From: Octopus sinensis
Lineage: Eukaryota
Reading direction: 5' to 3'
NCBI RefSeq assembly: GCF_006345805.1
Contig: NC_043001.1
Location: 44,268,001 to 44,332,000 of the forward strand
Length of the DNA: 64,000 bases
Position numbers and translations under genes: made by a program. The notes beneath the pieces were generated by a model, which was not told where the DNA came from, did not search any database, and saw only the letters and a list, made by a program, of their open reading frames with translations. Positions 11,582 through 23,503 of this stretch are shown one piece after another; position 1 is the stretch's first letter; every line of letters begins with the position of its first letter.

Positions 11582-12833
11582 ACAGAAGTAAATAGACACC
11601 CATAAAACATTGTTTTATGGTTATTTCAACTTTTAACTTTTAACTTTTATGGTTATTTTAACAGTTTATATATTTTTTATTAATTGACATTTTTTATGTT
11701 TCAGATTCTATATGTGACTGTTTAATCATGCTACGTACAAAAGAAGCCTTGGAACTGTCCGAATTTCGAAGAGGCCGTATTGTGGGTCAATCTGAAGGTG
11801 GACTTAGCATAAAATCGCAGAAAACCTTGGGATCCTGCTTTCTACAGTTAATAGAACGATTGTGCAATTCACCAGAGTGGGGAAGGAGTCCACATCACCT
11901 TGTCCAGGTCGACCAGAGCCCTCTGGCAGGACTCTTCGCTTTGTTAAGAGAAGTGTAGAGGATAACCCTCGTTGCAAGGCCTCTGACGTAGCAGAACAAA
12001 TTGATGTGAGTCCCAGAACAGCTGTCAGGTATCTCCACAAACTTGACTGCTATGACAGAGCAAGGAGAAAGAAGCCACTTCTTCGATCAGCCAATATCAA
12101 GCAGAGAAAAGACTGGGCCAATGAGATGGTGGAGAAGCCACTAGCATTTGGGGACACCGTCATATTCTCTGATGTGTCCAGGTTTGCTATATTTTCTGAC
12201 AGTGGCCGAGTGTGAGTCTGGAGACTCTATGATCAAGAATTTGGCGTGAAAAGATGGCAGCCAACAACGAAACACAGTGGCTATTCTGTGATGGTCTGGG
12301 AAGCAATTTGGAGTAATGGTCGCTCAGAGCTGGTGGAGTATGAACTCAGATAAATATGTAGCCATATTACAGAAAGGACTCCTTCTAATCTCCTCCAGTG
12401 GTGAAATGATTAAAGAAGGCTCTTTATTTATGCAAGATGGGGCTCCTTGTCACACGGCTAAAAAGACCCAAGATTGGTTGGAAGAGAATAACATTAAAAA
12501 ACTTACATGGCCAAGTCAGTTACCAGATATGAACCCTATTGAACACCTCTGGGGCATAATGGATAGGACTCTTCTTAAAAAGAACAAGAAAACATCCTCA
12601 AATCCAGATCTTTTGACATTACTGCATGAAACTTGGCAAAAAATTCCTCAAGAGAATATTTGTTATCTGATCAGTATCATGCCTAATAGGGTCCTTGCAT
12701 TTAAAAAAGCAAAAGGTATGTCCACTAAATCTTAGGTATTCACATTATAATAATAAATAATCTGAATGTATAATTTCAGATCCAAATAAATTTGAACGAT
12801 TATAAGCGGGTTTATTTACTTCTGTCGTTCACT
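11582..12833 (+). mobile_element. Tc1 (DD34E) DNA transposon, ~1.25 kb, decayed
   Basis: Imperfect TIRs acagaagtaaatagacaccc (11582-11601) / gggtttatttacttctgt (12808-12825) enclosing a transposase. Confidence 0.9.
11728..12735 (+). pseudogene. Tc1 transposase pseudogene (frameshifts, stop)
   Basis: ELSEFRRGRIVG, GRP, VIFSD, MQDGAPCH...WPSQLPDMNPIE with 34 residues between D and E. Confidence 0.92.
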
Positions 12834-13269
12834 CACAATAACTTTGGTCGGCCTGGAGTTATAGCAGAAAGACTTACCCAAAAAACACACAGCCGTGCCT
12901 GTGTCTAACTTTTTACCAGGTAGTGTGATGTAGCATAGAGAGGTGTAATATGATGTGATAATGCATGATGAAATATGAAATGGTACGATGTATGATACTT
13001 CATGGTATGAAGTGCTATGGTGAGCTGTGCGACAACATACCATCTTAAACCATTCGGCCACATTTCCCACCTACCATGAAATAACACACCTTAACACAGT
13101 CAGCGTACATAAAGTACACCGTCCACACCATACAATGTAATGGCTTCAAATTTTGGCACAAGGTCAGCAAGTTCGTGGGAGGGGTTAAGTTGATTACATC
13201 GCCCCTAGTTGCCTGGCGTGCTAACGATTCTGCCAGCTCGCCGCCCTATACCATACATACAAAATATAA

Positions 13270-13650
13270 TCCTTTCTACTATAGTCACACGACCTGAAAT
13301 TTGTGAGGAGGGGACTAGTCGACCCCAGTGTTTCACCGGCACTTGATTTATCGACCCCGAAAGGACGAAAGGCAAAGTCGACCTCGGCAGAATTTGAACT
13401 CAAAACGTAGTGACAGACTAAATACCTATTTCTTTACTACCCACAAGGGGCTAAACACAGAAGGGACAAACAAGGACAGTCAAACGGATTAAGTCGATTA
13501 CATCGATCCCAGTGCGTAACTGGTACTTAATTTATCGACCCCGAAAGGATGAAAGGCAAAGTCGACCTTGGCGGAATTTGAACGTAACGGCAGACGAAAT
13601 ACAGCTACGCATTTCGCCCGGCGTGCTAACGTTTCTGCCAGCTCGCCACC
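13270..13650 (-). mobile_element. Dimeric SINE family A with 24-bp TSD
   Basis: TSD ctataccatacatacaaaatataa (13246-13269) / ctatactatacatacacaatataa (13651-13674); two tandem bodies. Confidence 0.85.
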
Positions 13651-13830
13651 CTATACTATACATACACAATATAAATGCCATATCATGTACCACAATGCAC
13701 CACTCTCCAATACATTATCCTAGAACCGACGATGGTGCCTCTGAATAGCCGTTAGAACCGCTGGAAATAGCATTCAAATCTCCCGCACATCACATCCTAG
13801 CATCTTGAATAAAGAAAAGACTATATATTG

Positions 13831-14052
13831 GTTTCAAATTTTGGAGCATGTCTAGCAAGTTTAGGGGAAGGGACTAAATCGATTACATCGCCGCCAGTGT
13901 TCAACTGGTACTTGCATTTATCGATCTCGAAAGGATGAGAGACAAAGTCGACCTTGGAAGAATTTGAACTCAGAACGAGAAGACGGACGAAATGCCACAC
14001 AGCATTTTGCCCAGCGTGCTAACGATTCTGCCAGCTCGTCGCCTTAAATAAT
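13831..14052 (-). mobile_element. SINE family A with 17-bp TSD
   Basis: gaaaagactatatattg at 13814-13830 and 14053-14069. Confidence 0.9.
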
Positions 14053-14526
14053 GAAAAGACTATATATTGCGAACATAAATATCTCTTTAGAAAGGCGGGA
14101 AGGTCAAGGCCAGAAAGCCCCTCGTCATAGATCTATACATTTAGGGCTAAAGTTAGGATCTACAAAGTAATAGCAGTAACACAGTAGTATCGTATTATAT
14201 AGTACATTGTACGGTGTGGTGTGTGGTAGTATTTTATAGTTAAATATCTATGTATATACCATGTGCCATCCAACAGTTTGGTATGGCAAAATGTATGGGG
14301 TATAGAATATCAGAGGTGGGTGGGGAACATTTGGATGAAGTGAAGCAGAAGGAAGTCTAGCAGCGTAAAATCTCTCCCCTCTCTCTGTTTCTCACACTCT
14401 ATCTCACCCCCTCTCTCTCTCTCTCAATTTCGTGTGTGTGTGTGTGTGCATACACACATGTACACACGGTCATATATACACATGCATAGACACACACATA
14501 TATATATATATGTGTGTGTGTGTATA

Positions 14527-14569
<43 letters not shown>

Positions 14570-14622
<53 letters not shown>

Positions 14623-14913
14623 CATACATACGTATACATACACATGTATATGTATATATGTATGCACATAGAGATACACGCACACACACTCATACAGACA
14701 TACACATATAAATACGCATGTATGTGTATATGTATATATTTATATCTATATATATGCCTGCATATATGTGTGTATTTGTGAGCATGCATGTATGTATAAT
14801 TTTGCGTGTATACATCATACACACGCGGGCGCGAACACACACACACACACACCACTTATACACAAAATGACAGAGAGGGGAAGAGAAAATAACAAAGAGG
14901 TTGGCAGATAGAT

Positions 14914-14982
<69 letters not shown>

Positions 14983-15452
14983 GGATAGGTATGATAAAAA
15001 ATAAAATTAAGACAGGTGAAATATAAGAAAAATTATATCTCTTCAGAAAGAAATATGAGGTGAGATGAGTCAAGTTATGGTATTTGCGTGCGTGCGTCTG
15101 AGAATGTGTGTGTGTGTGTGTGTGTGGTGTGTGTGTGTGTGTGTGTATATATATTATATATATATATATACATACATACGTATACATACACATGTATATG
15201 TATATATGTATGCACATAGAGATACACGCACACACACTCATACAGACATACACATATAAATACGCATGTATGTGTATATGTATATATTTATATCTATATA
15301 TATGCCTGCATATATGTGTGTATTTGTGAGCATGCATGTATGTATAATTTTGCGTGTATACATCATACACACGCGGGCGCGAACACACACACACACACAC
15401 ACTTATACACAAAATGACAGAGAGGGGAAGAGAAAATAACAAAGAGGTTGGC

Positions 15453-15541
<89 letters not shown>

Positions 15542-15567
15542 GATAGATAGGTAGGTAGGTAGGTAGG

Positions 15568-15629
<62 letters not shown>

Positions 15630-15776
15630 TATAGATAGATAGATAGATGGATGGATAGGTATGATAAAAAATAAAATTAAGACAGGTGAAATATAAGAAA
15701 AATTTATATCTCTTCAGAAAGAAATATGAGGTGAGATGAGTCAAGTTATGGTATTTGCGTGCGTGCGTCTGAGAAT
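14570..15776. repeat. Tandem duplication of a ~540-670-bp microsatellite-rich unit
   Basis: Unique anchors recur at offsets 548 and 671; copies differ almost only in microsatellite length. Confidence 0.9.
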
Positions 15777-15794
15777 GTGTGTGTGTGTGTGTGG

Positions 15795-15825
<31 letters not shown>

Positions 15826-16218
15826 TGTGTGTGTTGTGTGTGACTTGCTGTGTTGTGGAGTATGGTGAGGAGTGATGGCGGTTTTATAATGTTCAGTACT
15901 CCCCGTATCCTTTTTGAAAAAAAGGGTAAAGAAGCCCTATACTTAATCGTGAGGATTAATGTTATAGTAAATTCAATATAAAGGTTCACGGTGAGTGGTT
16001 TTTTGCGAAGACTTGCCAGATGTGTTTGCTGGAAAAATACTTTATTGAATTACCTGTAGGTTTGCGGTGAGGGAGCAAGATGAAATTTAAGGAATATTAC
16101 CAAATAAATGTGCGATGGGAACTATGCTACTAGTGTAGATAATATGGTACATGGGTTTTGGTGAATATACAGATACATAGATAACATTATTTTCCTATTA
16201 CATTTTCTTAATCACTAT

Positions 16219-16250
<32 letters not shown>

Positions 16251-16414
16251 TTGTATGCATGTATGTTTGAGTGTGTGTATATATATGTGTGTGTGTATGT
16301 ATGTATGTATGTCTCTTCTATTTTTCAATTATCATAAATCTTTCACTGAGGAGGGAGCTGGTTTCCAACAAAGATACAAAGTTCTATCTTTGGGATGTAA
16401 TTAACACAGGCAAA

Positions 16415-16948
16415 TTCGCATTTGGAACTTGAGTAAAGTCTTGCATATTTTTACTGTGCCATTCACAGATTGCACTTATAATGTACGAATTGGCCGGTAG
16501 ATTTCTCTTTTTGAAAATCCCACTTTATCTAGATTCTCCTCTAAGTATTTACTAACAAAACTTAGTTCTCTAATTATTACTGGTATGAATATGAATTCAT
16601 AGTCTGGATATAGAGGCTAGAGGTTTCGGAGCAGTTGTCCATAGATATCCTCTTTTTCTTTGCTTTTCAAAGAGATATTTATATCTGCAGGGCAGCTGAC
16701 CTCTATGATGGTATATACCTTTGCCCCTCTATCTCAAACAAAAATATCCGGCTTGTTACGTTTATATTTGACAGAGTCGGTGTTTATGAACGTATTCCAT
16801 AACAGAGGGATTTACTAAGTTTATTTCAGGACAGTCTTTTTATGCGGATGGCATTGTAAATTGTTTTAGCAACAACATCGTGCCGCATAGGGAGGTAGTA
16901 CCGTGACAACATTTTAGGACAGCTGCTAATCACATGCGTGATGTCTTC
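16415..16948 (-). pseudogene. RLE-type LINE (R4/NeSL/HERO-like) C-terminal fragment, distinct from the 6-kb family
   Basis: EDITHVISSCPKMLSRYYLPMRHDVVAKTIYN; NKPDIFV; IEVSCPADINISLKSKEKEDIYGQL; stops and frameshifts. Confidence 0.75.
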
Positions 16949-17238
16949 TTAAAACTTCGAAAGTATATTGATTTCAAATTTTAGTAAAAGCCAGCAATTT
17001 TGGTATAAAGCCAGCAATTTGGTATAAAGCCAGCAATGTATGTATGTATGCATCCATTAGAAAATGAAAACTGTGTGTATACATATATGTATATAAATAT
17101 ATGCAGATGCACAAACACTATCATAGTACCTGTCATAAATGACAGGGTTTACTTGAGTATGGAACAAATCAGACAAATAAGAGAAAGTGTAAAATAGAAA
17201 TGACATAGGGTTTTAAATACACACACACACACACATAT

Positions 17239-17333
<95 letters not shown>

Positions 17334-17644
17334 GATAGGGCGAGAGAGAAGAGAGTGAGAGGTTAAAGTTAACGTAAAGCTAACAGCAGTTAATGCAACT
17401 GAAAGAGAAGGAAAATTATAGCGATATAAATTCAGTTAAACGGATGAACTTTCCATTAACTAATTACTCTTTCACTTTGTCTGTAGCAATTGTAATCTTA
17501 ATTACAATTACGGTCTTGAGCAATTGAAGATCATTGTATATATTGATTTCGTGGCTATGAGATAAGAAACTTGCCTCCCAACCACAAGATTCCGCGTTCA
17601 GTCCACTGTGTGGCACTTTGGGCAAATCTCTTCTGCTATAGCGC

Positions 17645-17870
17645 TTCACCACATACTGAAATTTAGAAATAGCAGTTAAAAACTACTATTCTACTTCTAT
17701 AAGATATCACCCAGACAGCAATACTCAACAACTCACGCAGGTAAAGAGAAAAGAAATAATGAATCTACCCGGCTCTTACGAACTGTATACGCGTTTCTGA
17801 GTTAGAGAGATGTAAAAAATGTAAAACCATATTTCTATTCACTCATTCTCCTCATCAGTACAGTAATTCA
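17645..17870 (-). mobile_element. ~230-bp hammerhead-bearing repeat (Penelope/retrozyme-like), copy 1
   Basis: Reverse complement aligns with 45780-46005. Confidence 0.7.
17782..17864 (-). ncRNA. Type I hammerhead ribozyme-like motif with extended helix II
   Basis: ACUGUA-CUGAUGA-GGAG...CUCA-GAAA-CGCG-UA-UACAGU; 6-bp helix I; palindromic ACGCGU helix III. Confidence 0.65.
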
Positions 17871-17896
17871 AATTTTAAATATATATATATATAATG

Positions 17897-18220
17897 AGCA
17901 TTCCGTCGGTTACGACGACGAGGGTCCCAGCTGATACGATCAACGGGACAGCTTGCTCGTGAAAGTGCAAGCGCAAGTGGTTGAGCACTCCACAGACACG
18001 TGTACTATTAACGTAGTTCTCAGGTAGACTCAGCATGACACATAGTGTGACAAGGCTGGTCCTTCGAAATACAGGTACTACACATTTTTGCCAGCTGAGT
18101 GGACTGGAGCAACGCGAGAAATAAAGTGTCTTGCTCAAGGACACGACGCGTCGCTGGGAATTGAACTCACGACCTTACTTTCGTGAGCGGAATGCCCTAA
18201 CCACTAAGCCACGCGCCTTC
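17897..18220 (-). mobile_element. tRNA-derived SINE (family C)
   Basis: Head gtggcttagtggttagggc...gagttcaattcc; copies at 47350, 50770, 53940 and 57388. Confidence 0.85.
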
Positions 18221-18230
18221 ACACACACAT

Positions 18231-18284
<54 letters not shown>

Positions 18285-18319
18285 ACACACATAAATGATT
18301 GACCGCTAGCACTAAAGCT

Positions 18320-18476
18320 TTTTTTTATTCTCACTGTTTATTTTCTCATGTTCCTTTCTGTTGAAGAGCTTAGGCTCGAAACGTAAAAGACATTCTCACC
18401 TTCCCGAGCGTTAAACTAATAAACCTGCTTGTTGTTTACACACCTGTCTTCGTCTTTTGTTTTTTGTAAATTCCAA

Positions 18477-18478
<2 letters not shown>
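18320..18478 (+). mobile_element. Penelope-like terminal fragment with minimal hammerhead-like motif (18354-18389)
   Basis: CUUU-CUGUUGA-A-GAGC(UUAG)GCUC-GAAA-CG-UA-AAAG; ends in (TA)n; family recurs. Confidence 0.6.
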
Positions 18479-18509
<31 letters not shown>

Positions 18510-18529
18510 ATGTATGAATACATTTATGA

Positions 18530-18712
18530 GTCTTTGTGTCTGTGTTTGCTGACAACCGATGTTGATGTGTTTACGTCCCTGTAACTTCGGCAAAAGAGAC
18601 CGACAGAATAAGTACTAGGCTTACAAAGAATATGTCTTCGGGTCGATTTGTTCAACTAAAAACCCTTTGAGGCGGTGATCCAGCATGGCCACAGTCAAAT
18701 GACTGAAACGAG
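18530..18712 (+). mobile_element. SINE family B 3' half
   Basis: gacaaccgatgttgatg...cagcatggccacagtcaaatgactgaaac. Confidence 0.75.
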
Positions 18713-18837
18713 TATATGTGTGCGTGTGTGTGTGTGTGTGTGTGTAAGCTATGGTCGAGAGAAAGGACTGTCTCTTCCTCAGAATGTGTGGCATTGTACC
18801 AGGGTTAAAAAATTATCAATATATGTTATTACTTCTG

Positions 18838-19030
18838 TAAGGCGACGAACCAGCAGAACCCTTAGCACGCCGGACAAAATACTTAGCGGCATTTCGTCCG
18901 TCTTTACGTTCTGAGTTGAAATTCCACCGTGGTCGATTAAAAAAGTACCAGTTGAGCATAGGCTCGATGTAATCGACTTCTTCCTCTCCTAAATATTTAT
19001 GGCTTTGTGCCAAAATCTGAAGCCAATATC
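18838..19030 (+). mobile_element. SINE family A with internal deletion
   Basis: aaggcgacgaaccagcagaacccttagc...gagttgaaattcc. Confidence 0.75.
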
Positions 19031-19145
19031 GAAAACAAAGAAAGAAGAAAGAGGAAAAGAGACGAAGAAAATATTTGAAAGGAAAAAACAAAAGACAAAG
19101 CAGAAATGGAAGAAAGAAGATAGATAGATAGATAGATAGATAGAC

Positions 19146-19213
<68 letters not shown>

Positions 19214-19719
19214 GGATGGATGGATGGATGGATGGATGGATGGATAGATAGATAGATAGATAGATAGATAGAGAGATAGAGAGATAGATAGAAAGATAGG
19301 CAAACAAATAAAGGTGTTTGTATATATTCACATGTTAATACACATTGAAGCAGTTAAAAATACGCACGCCCACATACTCTTACATCTAAACACACGGGCA
19401 TAAACACACGCACGCACATCTGTAGACACCCATATACAAGTAGACACAGGTACATACTGAGAACCTTCTCATGTGTATTTAATCTACATAGTCATTAAGA
19501 GAACAGCATGTGTTTATCAAAAGCTGCAGTTTCTTGAACGAATTTTATACACACCGGAGCCGTATGCACTGTACTCTAAATATACTGTTACACTCGTATC
19601 CTCGTATTACATCTCATTACCCTGCTTGGCATACGCACAACTACACACCAGACACTCGCATGCACGTATATGACGAACAAACAATCTTAAAGCTGTCGTA
19701 TTTGGCTATTTCATTTGTG

Positions 19720-19722
19720 GTC

Positions 19723-19799
<77 letters not shown>

Positions 19800-19848
19800 T
19801 ATACATATATAATATATATATATATATATTACATATATATATATACAC

Positions 19849-19885
<37 letters not shown>

Positions 19886-19959
19886 ACACATATATACATA
19901 TATATACACATATATATATATACACACACACACACATATTATATATATATATATATACA

Positions 19960-19990
<31 letters not shown>

Positions 19991-20103
19991 TATATACACA
20001 TATATATATACACATATATATATGCACATATATATATACACACATATATATATACACACATATATATACACACACACATATATATATATACACACATATT
20101 TTT

Positions 20104-20136
<33 letters not shown>

Positions 20137-20138
20137 CA

Positions 20139-20181
<43 letters not shown>

Positions 20182-20190
20182 GTATGTATG
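19720..20190. repeat. Long (TA)/(CA) mosaic microsatellite
   Basis: Direct read; source of YI/HT ORFs. Confidence 0.95.
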
Positions 20191-20224
20191 TATGTATATA
20201 TGTAATGTGACCGCGTGTGTACCG

Positions 20225-20410
20225 TTGGCGATTTGTTTTCCTCTGTCTTCCCTTCTCTGGATCTTTCCTTCTCCTATGTTTCCGACGAAGAGTTCCGCTC
20301 GAAACGTTAAACCCTCCTTCTTTCCTTCTTTCCTGAGCGTCCAATAATACTATATTTGTTCCACGTCCTCGCGTTGTTGTGTTTTTTTGTGCTTTCTTGT
20401 TTGGATTAAC
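20225..20410 (+). mobile_element. Penelope-like terminal fragment with minimal hammerhead-like motif (20278-20312)
   Basis: GUUU-CCGACGA-A-GAG(UUCCG)CUC-GAAA-CG-UU-AAAC. Confidence 0.55.
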
Positions 20411-20439
20411 TAATACATATATATGATATATATATGTGT

Positions 20440-20695
20440 ATACGAAGGGATGACCACCAAGTGGACATCCAATATGTTAGAAATAGATCACCTACGATCT
20501 AACCACAAAGAAAAGTCGTTAATGGCGAAACCGGTCTACGATTAATTCTTTATTTTGTATATTTTCATTTGTCTTGCCCGCTTATGTTCTGGTGTTTGCT
20601 GAATTTTTCTAGAGAACATTTTCTTTGTGGTTAGATCATATGTGATCTATTTCTAGCATATTGGATTCCACTTAGTGGTCATCCCTTCTTATACG
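20440..20695. repeat. Foldback: ~75-bp inverted arms, ~105-bp spacer
   Basis: gaagggatgaccaccaagtgg...ccacaaagaaaa vs ttttctttgtggttag...gtggtcatcccttc. Confidence 0.9.
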
Positions 20696-20806
20696 CATGT
20701 AATACAATTTTTCTGAATTTTCTGATTTTTCTATACGCTAGGCTACTGGTTTTAAATTGATGTTAATTAAATTAATATTCAATTTATCGCCCTCATTATT
20801 TAAATT

Positions 20807-20842
<36 letters not shown>

Positions 20843-20870
20843 CATGTAAAGAGCATATTCAAAATGTTCG

Positions 20871-21340
20871 AGTGCACTCGGACGTGAGAACTTCAGCTGC
20901 GGAAATTGTCTCGGGGGAAAATTCACCTCTTACACAAGTATGAAAACACAAGCTGAGCTGTGAATGACGTCATTGCATCGTAGGACATGCGTTTCTCTGT
21001 TGTTTCATTGTGTTAACCATGAACACTAAATATGTCACTTACAGGTGGCTAAGAATGAAATTATTCTTACTAAAGCAGTGTACGGAACGTATGCTAATGT
21101 GCGCAAAGCTTAGTCAAGCTACAATTAAATAAACAATGTCCCCACGGAGCAGCATTGAATGACATATACTCGTGTAAAGTCATACTCGATAAGTGCACTC
21201 GAACGTGACAAAACCTGTGGTCGCGGGGTAAGTCCCAAGAAAAAAAATTCCTCTCTCAGACATGTGTAAAAACAGAAGATGGGCTGTGAATGACGTCATT
21301 GGATCGTAGGATTCATTCGTATCTGTGTCGTTTTCACTTC
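20871..21340 (+). repeat. Diverged direct repeat (~140-bp module twice, ~323 bp apart), each with TGACGTCA
   Basis: agtgcactcg-acgtga at 20871/21192; gctgtgaatgacgtcattg-atcgtagga with CRE-type palindrome at 20965 and 21291. Confidence 0.75.
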
Positions 21341-21419
21341 GTCAGCTACGAACACCACTCAAATGTGTTGAATATGAGAGTTGTTACAGAGTTCTTGGCT
21401 CCAAGATAGTTCACAAAAC

Positions 21420-21750
21420 ATTCACTCAGAAGTTGTTGATTTCTTTGAAAGTGTATCATTGTCTAGAACAAACTGGCTTATTTCCCTTAAAATCTACTCC
21501 AGTCATTTTCCTAGTAATGTCGGGAATACATATTTTGCGATATGATCAAATTCATTGTAATCATTTGCAAAGTCCGTATATACCACATCTATGTTTGATG
21601 AGTTTAGTAGTTCCTTCAATATCCTGTGGTAATGCTGCTGTATATGTATAAGGCAGCTCTCACCGTGAACAGGAACTGTTCTGAGTATCACTTAGCAAGT
21701 GATTTTCCTTGATGATAACACAAACAGTCCCTTTCTAAGATTTGTACCAA
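21420..21750 (-). pseudogene. CR1/Jockey-group LINE RT fragment
   Basis: QHYHRILKELLNSSNIDVVYTDFA resembles the RT 'VDVVYLDFAKAFD' motif. Confidence 0.65.
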
Positions 21751-22109
21751 GTCCTTACCAAAAGATACGAAGTCTAATTTTTAGCCTACCTTGAATATCT
21801 TGTTCATTTAGGCTACTGTCTTAATGGCTAGGATATAAAATGCTTCCAAGCATCTTTTGGGAGAGCTTGCCATTTTCAAGGTAATTTTAGAAAGTCATTT
21901 TAGGTTTTGTAGCTAGAGAGTTTTTGCATGTTAGAACTGTCGAGAAACCGCAAAAATTGTTACTGGGTTCAAGTGTATTTTATCTGTAATACATATGACA
22001 TCTTTGTTTTATATAGATCTCATTGATGATTGTCACTTCCCTGCATATAGTTTGGTTTGAAATAATAGAATTCCTAGGTTCATAGACGTTCTAGATTGTC
22101 TATTTTTTT

Positions 22110-22810
22110 TACTTGAAACGGGAGGAGCCCCATGTCCTTTGCAGACTCTCTGGGACTAGTAAGATCGATGCCGTTAATGCTCCGTTTAAGCCGAAGGAAA
22201 GACATGAGCGGTACTGGGAGGAGTCCAGGGAGTCAATGTTATGGGGATGAAGGACTGGACATTGTGTCTCGTGTGAGAAAAGAGGGGTTGGACGCACCAA
22301 GGTTACGGAGATGTGGAGAAACGTGTGATTTGAGGAAACCTGAGTGGCGGAGATATGAGACCCAGCAGCTCGAGAAGAAGTCTTAATAGTAGTGACAGAA
22401 AATACAGAATGAGGAGACAAGCCCGTGAGCCACATGCTATGTGTCTGTTAGTGATGTGTCTTCAATTAACCGAATGGCCCTTAATTCGTTGCAATCGAGG
22501 ATGTCAATGCGTGTAGCAGTAGCACTGTCCTCGATGGGGGAGCAGTATTTCATTGTGGTTCTCAGTTGTTAGTTTTTGAATACCTTCTGGCTATAAAGAG
22601 GACTAAACTTTCGGATGCAGTCCTAGCTCTGCTTAGTAGGTGTTTTTGCAAGGACAGTTCCTCAATGATAGTGGGATTCAGCATTTGGAGCGATCGCGAA
22701 GGCTCCAGTTTAGGGTCGCTGATGATTAGTGAGGAGTGTGGGGTGCGTTGATGTTTTGTTGGTAAGAGTAGAGCTTGAATGTCTTTTTTTTTTACTGTCA
22801 AGAAAGACAA
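22110..22810 (-). pseudogene. CR1/Jockey-group LINE post-RT C-terminal fragment
   Basis: RTTMKYCS...ATRIDILD...RAIRLI; PPLRFPQITRFSTS; degenerate. Confidence 0.5.
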
Positions 22811-23177
22811 GATTTCTTTGAACCAATTGGAAGATTCTCACGTCTTCTTTATAGAAGAATTAATGCAAGTTTGGTGTGTGGATGATGCCTAGTTAGGGAA
22901 GGTTAGGGAGTAATGAAGGGTTGTGTGGTCTGCATCGTTTCTGGATACGTGAAATAAGTTAAGAACTGGGGTCGAGGCAATCGACTAGTCCTACTCCGAC
23001 AAAATTTCAGGCCTTGTGCCCATTGGAGAAAGGAATGTATGTATATATAATTAAGTAGCCGGAAGATGGATTTGGCGTTAGTCTTTATTTTTACGACGAT
23101 CGTTTCAACTTATCCTGCTACTGTCCCTTATGAGTAGAACTCCATGCAACATGTTGTGATGCATCTATCTATCTATC

Positions 23178-23219
<42 letters not shown>

Positions 23220-23237
23220 ACATACATACATACTTAC

Positions 23238-23268
<31 letters not shown>

Positions 23269-23467
23269 CATACATACATACATACATACATACATACATA
23301 GAGACAGACAGACATACTGTGTATCTAAAGATCTGTATCAAGCTAACGGAAATATACCCCAACTGTAGATGACACAGGGAATCCCAAACCGTGCAAGTGC
23401 TCTACTCAACACTTCAACACATTAGTCCAAAATACTGCATAGACACATACATACATACATACATACA

Positions 23468-23503
<36 letters not shown>

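Noticed and set aside
17897-18220. tRNA-like heads of SINE families A, B and C as tRNA genes
   Set aside because: Only A/B boxes are retained, there is no complete cloverleaf, and each continues into a SINE body.
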